A DNA stretch of 64,000 nt, taken from a virus. A program made the translations under genes and the position numbers. The stretch is taken from positions 16,738-80,737 of IMG/VR virus record IMGVR_UViG_3300021962_000068. One strand, written 5' to 3'. Below the pieces are notes generated by a model that searched no databases, had not been told where the DNA came from, and saw nothing but the letters and a program-made list of their open reading frames with translations. This document shows, piece by piece, positions 10,114 through 18,100 of the stretch. Within the stretch, counting starts at the first letter, position 1, and each line of letters opens with the position of its first letter.

Positions 10114-10909
10114 ACGTCCAAAAGTTATAATTTTTATTTTTTGTAGGAATACCGGTACTTTGATAATGCACATCGCAAAATAGCATAAATAAACGAGGAG
10201 CACTAGTATTATTAGTGTGTAATTTAGTTCTTACTACTATTAAACCATCTGTTTCAATTTGATTGGTGTCTAAGTGAGTAGCATCACCGCCGGCTACAGT
10301 TAGCTTTGTTTCACTAATATGATGGGTTAATGGTGTGGTATTAGCTACTTCACTGACTTGTAGTAGTTTTGCTTCACTATTAAATGCTTGTTGCTGGTAA
10401 CCTTTAGCATATGTACTAGCAAATTCCCAAGTGACTAGACTATTAGGCTGAACACCAAGACTAGTATGCAACCAATGAACATGAATGTATAAGTCGGTGC
10501 CTGGTGCGTAGTCGTGCGGAATATGAAATTGATGATAGCTTTTATCTCCTACTTTAAACTGATAAGCGTGAATATCAGTTACAAATTCAGTAAATGTAGG
10601 CGATTCATTTGCAGGTCCAGTATAAGGAATAGTAGGACTAAGTAGGTCGTGCCATCCAAACTGTGGATTGTCAATATTTAACTTAATACCATCAAACTTT
10701 TGGTTAGAAACTACTGGTTGATAGTAGTTAAATTCGCTAGGATCTTGTCGTGGCTCTTGATTCTTGTACTTATCAAGTAGTGTGCCATCAACACGATCTA
10801 AAAAATCATCAGCAAATCCAAGTGTTACTGATCCGTAAGGTGGAATAACATATAAGCCAACAGTCAGTGTAGTATTAGTACGATTGACATATTTATAAAC
10901 ATCTGTCAT
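10112..10909 (-). CDS. Hypothetical protein, possibly virion-associated
   Basis: 265-aa ORF with AGGAAG RBS; last gene of late operon; beta-rich composition. Confidence 0.6.
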   Translation of the reverse strand: MTDVYKYVNRTNTTLTVGLYVIPPYGSVTLGFADDFLDRVDGTLLDKYKNQEPRQDPSEFNYYQPVVSNQKFDGIKLNIDNPQFGWHDLLSPTIPYTGPANESPTFTEFVTDIHAYQFKVGDKSYHQFHIPHDYAPGTDLYIHVHWLHTSLGVQPNSLVTWEFASTYAKGYQQQAFNSEAKLLQVSEVANTTPLTHHISETKLTVAGGDATHLDTNQIETDGLIVVRTKLHTNNTSAPRLFMLFCDVHYQSTGIPTKNKNYNFWT

Positions 10910-10919
10910 TTTTACTTCC

Positions 10920-11606
10920 TTAGTAGTCTTTGTAGGCTATAATTATTTCTTTGCATAACCTACTGCGAACAATGTCGTCGTCTAAAAATCTTACCGTTTC
11001 AACACCGTTTATTTTTTGTAATCTATAAAGAGCATCGTCTAAACCACTATCTTTAATATCGCACTGATAATCATCGCCGCTAAGTATAATTTTACAATTT
11101 TTACCTATACGGCTAAGCAACATTTTAAACTCAGTTTTAGTCATGTTTTGTACTTCATCAACTAAAACAACACAGTTTTCAAAAGTTAAACCACGCATAA
11201 ATCCAAGTGGTTTAGGTTGTATAGATCCATTTTTTAGTGCATACTCATAAAACCCTTTGCCAAGCGTTTTAGTAAATACACTATCAAAAGGTTCTAAGTA
11301 TGGCAAATATTTTTCTTCTAGAGTACCAGGTAAATACCCTAAACTTTTGCCGACTTCAACATTAGGTCTAGTAAGATAAATTTTCTCTACTTTTCGGTGA
11401 AATAACTGGCTTGCTGCATATGCGGCTGCTACATATGTTTTACCTGTTCCAGCACTGCCTATTCCAAATATAATATCATTATTATATATAGCTTCTAAAT
11501 ATGTTTCTTGTATATAATTAAGTGGTCTAACTTCCCTAAAATCAACATATTGCTCTGTTGTCTGCATTTTAGTACGTCTTACTTTTTTACCACTATTTGT
11601 AGCCAT
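10920..11606 (-). CDS. phoH: PhoH-like ATPase
   Basis: GSAGTGKT, LTRP, GYLPG, FMRGLTF, DEVQN, GDDYQCD, DIVRS motifs. Confidence 0.95.
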   Translation of the reverse strand: MATNSGKKVRRTKMQTTEQYVDFREVRPLNYIQETYLEAIYNNDIIFGIGSAGTGKTYVAAAYAASQLFHRKVEKIYLTRPNVEVGKSLGYLPGTLEEKYLPYLEPFDSVFTKTLGKGFYEYALKNGSIQPKPLGFMRGLTFENCVVLVDEVQNMTKTEFKMLLSRIGKNCKIILSGDDYQCDIKDSGLDDALYRLQKINGVETVRFLDDDIVRSRLCKEIIIAYKDY

Positions 11607-11618
11607 ATAGTTCCTTAT

Positions 11619-12098
11619 CTAAGCTAGTAATAATAAGGATTCAGCTTCTCTACGACGAGTAAGGCCTCGCAAAACTCTACCAGCAGCCTTGTTCCATTTT
11701 TTAATCTCGGTAGCAGCTTCATTCCAATTTTTTTCATCTACTCGTTTTTTAAGAGTAGATATTCTATAATTACCAAGACCGCAATTGTAAGCAAAACTTA
11801 CAATTGCAGCAATTTTTTGAGGTTTTTCGTCTAACAGCCCAGGACTTAGTTTTAATACACCACTTAAAAAATAAGTAACGTGTTCACTTAGCGCGTGTTC
11901 TGCTTGTTGTAGTGTCCACACCGTATCTTTGCGTATATCCGGTCCAGTACTGCCCCAACCTATAGTCCAAGGCTTGCCACCTGTACCTGGGTCAGGATAA
12001 GCAGCACAGCCTCCATTGGGTAGTCTACGATGATAACCTTCAAAAGGTTTTATTAAGACATTTTTGGTAATTTCTACAGCTTCTTCTAAATTGGTCAT
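11619..12098 (-). CDS. Endolysin, GH24 phage lysozyme
   Basis: FEG...YPDPG..WTIGWG catalytic region, SFAYNCG, GLTRRREAE. Confidence 0.92.
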   Translation of the reverse strand: MTNLEEAVEITKNVLIKPFEGYHRRLPNGGCAAYPDPGTGGKPWTIGWGSTGPDIRKDTVWTLQQAEHALSEHVTYFLSGVLKLSPGLLDEKPQKIAAIVSFAYNCGLGNYRISTLKKRVDEKNWNEAATEIKKWNKAAGRVLRGLTRRREAESLLLLA

Positions 12099-12103
12099 AA
12101 CAA

Positions 12104-12598
12104 CTATTTACCTGTAGTTTTTTCATATTTTTCAATAGAGCGACCAACAAACCAAAAAGTAAGAATCATATTTAGCATACCAAAATCTTCTACAGTCCAA
12201 CTATTTTTTACTATTTCTATCCAAGGAACACCCATAATATATGCTGTATACATTACTGTTACTTTGTATAGAATATACAATCCAAATAGTAGATAAGTAA
12301 TCATTGGTCTTACAAGTGCGCTTAGTGCTGCTACCCACTTATAGCTGGCTTCACTTGTTTTTCGCTGTTCTACAAAAGCTTCTTTAATTGCATCTAGTTG
12401 GGCAACACTATGATCTACATAACGCTCTTCTACACGAAACTCACCCCGCATTTTTTCTAGGTCAGTTTGTAGGTTAAACATTTGTAATTCGTGTTGACGT
12501 TCGTTCTTTTTATCAAAGAACTTTAATACTTCAGGTGCTAAACGAAAAATACCACCAAAAAGTGATCCAATTATACCACTTCCTAAAAATTCTAGCAT
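12104..12598 (-). CDS. Putative holin-like membrane protein
   Basis: Start at 12598 after AAGGAG RBS; hydrophobic segments, ALVRPMITY and FWFVGRS motifs; directly upstream of lysozyme. Confidence 0.65.
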   Translation of the reverse strand: MLEFLGSGIIGSLFGGIFRLAPEVLKFFDKKNERQHELQMFNLQTDLEKMRGEFRVEERYVDHSVAQLDAIKEAFVEQRKTSEASYKWVAALSALVRPMITYLLFGLYILYKVTVMYTAYIMGVPWIEIVKNSWTVEDFGMLNMILTFWFVGRSIEKYEKTTGK

Positions 12599-12608
12599 TT
12601 GTACTCCT

Positions 12609-13115
12609 TTATGGTTGAACCGGCCACTGAATAGCAAACGGATCTTGTTGTTGTGTAAGGTCCCTTAATGCTTGACGATATTGAGCCCAAGCAGTATTTA
12701 TAGCTACACTAGTATCAGCAGCACGAATAGACATCCAGTCGGTGTCTTTTAACATCTGATCTCTTTGTTGTCTAATATTTATCCACTGCTCTTCACTACG
12801 TCTAGCTAGATAAGCTTCTTCATGCTGAGCTTTTGTGGTTACATTACCCTCTTCGTCTGTCGTATCGGAGAACATATCTACAACATCGTACTTCTCTACC
12901 CAGTTACCATTGGCGTCTTGTTCAACACCATTACGACGCACTGTTTTGAGAGGATCGGTGTTGGAAGGTTGAGGTGAAGCCATTACTGGATCTACACCTA
13001 AAAAATCAAATACTGAATCGTTCCAGACTTTAGGTAACGATGTATTGGGATTACGACGGCGTAACTCACCTTGTGAGACTAGTTCGCCGGATTCTCTAAT
13101 TCTAAATTCTGCCAT
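12609..13115 (-). CDS. Tail fibre assembly chaperone-like protein
   Basis: C-terminal IRQQRDQMLKDTDW...WAQYRQALRDLTQQ...WP motif. Confidence 0.8.
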   Translation of the reverse strand: MAEFRIRESGELVSQGELRRRNPNTSLPKVWNDSVFDFLGVDPVMASPQPSNTDPLKTVRRNGVEQDANGNWVEKYDVVDMFSDTTDEEGNVTTKAQHEEAYLARRSEEQWINIRQQRDQMLKDTDWMSIRAADTSVAINTAWAQYRQALRDLTQQQDPFAIQWPVQP

Positions 13116-13167
13116 TTTTAACTCCTTGAATAGTCGGTTTAGTAGATTGAAATTCTCTACTGTTTAT

Positions 13168-13764
13168 TTATGCTATGGCTAAGTAGATGTAAGTTGCACT
13201 GGACACATTAACGTTTGTGGCAGCTACCTGATTTACGATAAACCCTGAAGATACCGGGTCAACGGAATCGTCTGTGGTGACTTCAGCGGCATTAGTATTT
13301 AGACTTAGATGTGGATCGTTAGCCGATACAATACCTCGAGCTGTATCCCAAACGTACCAGTCGCCAGTCGAATCCGTGCGCTTGATTAGAACGAACCTCG
13401 CCCCTGACGTAAACCCGCAGTTAATGGTTTGATTAGTACCATTACCGGTGTATGAGCCGACTTTTGAAATACCGGGGAGCGTGGCGAATAGGTATGTCAC
13501 GTAGTTTTCAGCACTGGTATTCATACCAAAACCGATGGTGCTATCAGCAGTAAACGTAGAGGAACTAACTGAAAAACTGTCTCCTTGTTTTGCTGTGGTT
13601 TCATTAAGTCTTAAAAACCCCGTCATGGTGGATGCTATCCCATTACCCTGAAACACTGTCCAGCCTCGGGTAGACCTCGACTTATTAATTAAAAGTTCCG
13701 GTATAACACCAAGATTGTGGTTGATTACTTGCGTACCGGGACCATTACCCGTATAACAAACCAC
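13168..13764 (-). CDS. C-terminal half of putative virion adhesin (continues the upstream ORF in the -1 frame)
   Basis: The frame extends upstream as YINYFFKRAPGFFDVVCYTGNG, matching WTFRKAPKFFDVVTWTGN in the upstream ORF; the GTG start has no RBS. Confidence 0.7.
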   Translation of the reverse strand: MVCYTGNGPGTQVINHNLGVIPELLINKSRSTRGWTVFQGNGIASTMTGFLRLNETTAKQGDSFSVSSSTFTADSTIGFGMNTSAENYVTYLFATLPGISKVGSYTGNGTNQTINCGFTSGARFVLIKRTDSTGDWYVWDTARGIVSANDPHLSLNTNAAEVTTDDSVDPVSSGFIVNQVAATNVNVSSATYIYLAIA

Positions 13765-13817
13765 ATCGAAGAAGCCGGGGGCGCGTTTGAAGAAATAGTT
13801 GATATATAAAATCGTAT

Positions 13818-15134
13818 CTATATTACAAAAACCAACCCATCCGCCCCTATTACCACCCCGTCCATTACATCGAATTGTGTGAGGGACGTTAAGCCGGTAC
13901 CGCTTGTACTCCCAGAGGATTCTGCGTCTGTGGAAGAATAACCCCCATAGGTATTAGTAAGCAGAAACTTTTTAGCGCCTCGCAATCTGTCGTGGAAAGC
14001 GTTGAGAGGGTAGGATGTGTGGTTTCTACCTCGGGTCATTACCATGTCAGTCGTGACCCCTGTTCCCGTCAACGCCGTGGTCGCCCCATTCCCTGTGCGA
14101 GCAATCTGACCAAACACCTCCGTAGCGCTCTCCGGCGGCTTCATCGGGCGGCGGATGGCGATGTAGATGTAGGTGTTACTAGGAGACGCTGCAAACTTGA
14201 AACCAGTTGCGGTTAAATCAGTTTCTGACTCTGTGCCTTCGGCTCCAGAGGTATTCGCTAATAACTTACGATTTGCTGAATCTACGGTTAGACCACGCAT
14301 TGAATCTAAAATTTCCCAGTTTGTTCCTGACCCTGTATTTTTATACATAATCCACTGCGGCTCATACCCTAGATTCACCGTAGCGTTACCACTACCATCC
14401 GTCGTAAACGACCCACACGAAATCACATTATCCGTGCCTGACTCACCAAATCCACCGGCGTTGTGGGCGAAGAGGTAGGCAACGTAAGATGTGCTGCTGG
14501 CATTTACGCCAGAATCTACACCCAGAGAAAACACTGTTGAAGTTGGGTCTGTGTTGTTCCAATACGGTGAGGTGTCAACTACGTTTGTCAGATTAAGTCG
14601 CAAAGCTCCAGTATTGCCAACGCTGCGATGATACACATACCAACTGCCAGCACCGTCTGTGCTTTTAACGATAATACAGCCGGGAACGGAGCCAAGATTG
14701 TGCGAGATTGTCCTCGCTGTCATGTTCCCCGTCCACGTCACCACATCAAAAAACTTCGGAGCCTTGCGGAAGGTCCATGAGGCGTAAGTTGTTCCAGAGT
14801 TATTGTGGTTAATGGAAGAATCTAATGTAAAACCTGTTGTGTTAAATGCTGTGTAATTTGTTAAAGGGCCTTGTTGTGAGATAGTATCATTGGTCGTTAA
14901 CCAATAATCACTACCCCTTTCGGTGTCTGTAATGCGGTGTCCATATGTGCTTGCTGACCTTTCTTTAGTCCAAACCAACCCACCTTCACCCGCGAGGTCA
15001 ATCCCGTTGGTGATGGTCTGGGTGCTGCTGTTGCCGGTATAAAGGTAGGTCGAAAAAACGTCCTCGACGTATAGCGCAGAACCAGCAGCACCCGCGTTCC
15101 CCGCAGCGGCTTGAAGTATTTTAGCTAATGTCAT
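13818..15134 (-). CDS. Putative virion adhesin/tail-fibre tip protein, N-terminal part
   Basis: True start MTLAKILQAAAG overlaps the upstream fibre stop (ATGA); repeated YTGN/FDVVTWTGN-HNLG units typical of aquatic phage virion proteins. Confidence 0.7.
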   Translation of the reverse strand: MTLAKILQAAAGNAGAAGSALYVEDVFSTYLYTGNSSTQTITNGIDLAGEGGLVWTKERSASTYGHRITDTERGSDYWLTTNDTISQQGPLTNYTAFNTTGFTLDSSINHNNSGTTYASWTFRKAPKFFDVVTWTGNMTARTISHNLGSVPGCIIVKSTDGAGSWYVYHRSVGNTGALRLNLTNVVDTSPYWNNTDPTSTVFSLGVDSGVNASSTSYVAYLFAHNAGGFGESGTDNVISCGSFTTDGSGNATVNLGYEPQWIMYKNTGSGTNWEILDSMRGLTVDSANRKLLANTSGAEGTESETDLTATGFKFAASPSNTYIYIAIRRPMKPPESATEVFGQIARTGNGATTALTGTGVTTDMVMTRGRNHTSYPLNAFHDRLRGAKKFLLTNTYGGYSSTDAESSGSTSGTGLTSLTQFDVMDGVVIGADGLVFVI

Positions 15135-18100
15135 GCTGCGCTTCCTACATATGCTCCGAAAAGAGTGCTGCCAATTTTCCAAAATATTAAAGTATCGTCT
15201 GCAGTTAAAGTTGGTGCAGTATTGCCTGCTGAAGTTACCCAAGTAATTGTAGGCCAATTAATTGTATAAGTTGATCCGCCTGTTAATCGTAAAGTAACGC
15301 TTTGACCCGTTGATAAATTATCTGTAAAAGTTATAGTTCCAGCAGCGTATACATATACAATTGTTCCTAAACTTGATAATAATGATAAGGTACCACTACT
15401 AGCAAGACCTGCTACACCTTCGGTAAATCCTCCGGTTGCTGTTACTGCTCCTGTAATTGCAGTATTAGAATAGATATTTACTGTACCTGTTGATCCACTC
15501 ACACTTGAACCGATGTTAATATTAGTAATGGAACCAGATGCTCCACTTCCGCCTATATTAATGGTTTTTGTAACACCACTAGCATTTGCACCTGTAGCAA
15601 TATTAAGCGTATGAGCAGATGCAGACCTATCAATGGTCATAGTTCCAGTAGTAGCTGTGCCGCCTAGTGTAAATACTCCACTCGATAAACCGGTTGCTAT
15701 ATTAAATGCACCACTAGAAGTACTTGTACCTACAGATAATGTACTGCTGCCGCTTTGACCATTAAATGTTGGTGCATATGCTGCTCCAAAATATGCAGCA
15801 CCCAATTGACGAATTTCACCGTTAACTTTTAAGTTTCTATTAACAATTAAGCTATTTTTAATAGAGCATAATTGCGATTCAACGGAAAACTTATTTCCTG
15901 TAAATTTAGTTGTTGCGGAATTAATTGTTAGTTCAAAAACTCGGTCGGTATTATAATCTGATACCCATGCTTTACCTACCGCTTCATTAACATACAGTCC
16001 ACTCATGCCACCTATAGTATATAATGTAGTTTCATCTGGTTGCACATAATATAAGTTTACATAATCATTAAAACTTGCAGTTGCAACACTCCAAGGTGTT
16101 GACATTGTAAATTCTGCGATTCTATTATATGTTGTTCCTGCAACCCAAAATTTAGTGCCATCAGAACTAAAAGATAAGGCTTGCGGGCCGGTTTCATATG
16201 CACTAATTGAATACACCGTTGAATATGTAGCAGTGGAAATATCCCAAGCTGTTGATAAATTATATTCATTTACATCATCACCGGAGGTGCCTATAACATA
16301 CATTTTTGTGCCGTCTGGTTTAAAATAAACGGCATTGGGATCTGATTCTTGAGATGTAACTGTAAATGTTCTTGTGTATGATGCAGATGTAATATCCCAT
16401 GCTGAAGAAAGAGTATATTGATAAATGTTATCCCCAGTTGTACCTGCTACATACATTTCTGTTCCGTCTGGTTTAAAATCTAAACCATATGGTGAGCCTT
16501 CTTGAGATGCTATTGAAAATACTACAGGAGAACCAGCAGTAGATACTGACCATGCTGTGCTTAATGTATATTGTGTAATATCATTTCCTGAATTACCAAC
16601 AATATACATTTTTGTACCATCGGAACTAAATGCTAAATCTCTTGGCTCACTCTCATCTGCTGCTACTGAGAAATTATCGCTTACATACCAGGATTCAATT
16701 CCAGTAGCTGCTTCAATAGAACCTTGAGCACCTATTACAGATAAACTTCCTGCATCAATTTGACCTGCTACCCCTAGTTTACCAGCAACATATCCATTTT
16801 GCCCTAGATATAGATTTCCAGTTTTTAATACAACATTGTTTGTATTGCCACTATCGCCACGAATTTCAAATCCGTCTTTAGCTGACCAATAATTTGTTAG
16901 TGTTTCATTTGTGCTGTCATTATAATATAAAATAGCATCATCATTACCAAAACCTATGCTTGTTGCAAATTTTGGATTTAATGTCCAGTTAGCAATCGTT
17001 GTGGTTGTTACTGCTGTTGATGCTGGTTGATAATAGGATCCTTGTTGCCCGTCTAATGTGTCAGCATCTAAGCCAGAACCAGAACCATCATTATTAGAAG
17101 TCCAATAGGTACCGCTGTATCCATCTATATTTGTGGCTGTGGTGGCGTTACCAGATAAACTGCCGCTAAATGTCGTTGCAGATAGAACACCTGCCCGCGA
17201 AAAATCAAATGATCCTGTAGTAACGGAGTCTGTAACTAATATTGAAAACTCTTTAGGATTCGAGGATGTCGATACTGAAATAAGTCTATTGCCGCTTGCG
17301 TTCCCATAAAACGATACATATTGGCTTGCGCTCCTCCCAAACTTCGTGAGAGTCGGGATCGTGCCATCCGCACTTTCATTCGACGCAATCAGCCCATTAG
17401 TAAATGTTGTTACGCCAGATATCGTTTGCGTTGTGTTTGTATAAACACCATTTGTTACTGTACTTGCGTTACCAGCAATATTCATTGACTGGCCCGACAG
17501 TAATGCCGCCGCTGCCGCTGGTGTGTATCCACGCCCAAAACTATCGGTTCCGTTTGTACCCGTGAAGGTCCCCATGCCAGAGGCAAGAGCATTTGCAGGT
17601 AACGGAAAAGTCCCTGCCGCGGTGAAATAAACAGCATATATGTACCCGTTGGCATCTCGCGCCACGACCTTACTTGCTGTCGCCGTGGTAGTCGCATCAA
17701 CTGCCCATGTTGTTGCCGCAGAGCCGTTGAAGTTGCTGCCTGTCAGGTATGAACCACGAGTGAGCGTTGCACTTGTTGCACTTGCTGTGGTAGCTGTCGC
17801 AGCGTTGCCGGTAATGCTAATGCCCCACGTGCCGGAAGCACCTGTGCCTGTTAGTGTGGGGGCGTAGGAGTTGTAGTTATCCGAGCGAAGAACCGTGTTC
17901 CCTTTGTAACTAAATGTATTTAAGTCAGCGTAAAGTGTGGTCGTCCATGTGATTGGGTCGCCAGCGGATTTACCTACCCCACTTGCTGAACGAGTGAAAA
18001 AAGCACCTCCAGCACCACCATTGTTAGCAGTGAGGCTCGCGGCCGCTGCATCTTCATTCCCGTTGGTAAAAGTGGGAGAGTTGCCCCCAAAAGTATTCCA

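Noticed and set aside
15135-15257. N-terminal extension of ORF 13818-15257
   Set aside because: Lies within the upstream fibre gene; the ATGA-coupled start at 15134 is more plausible
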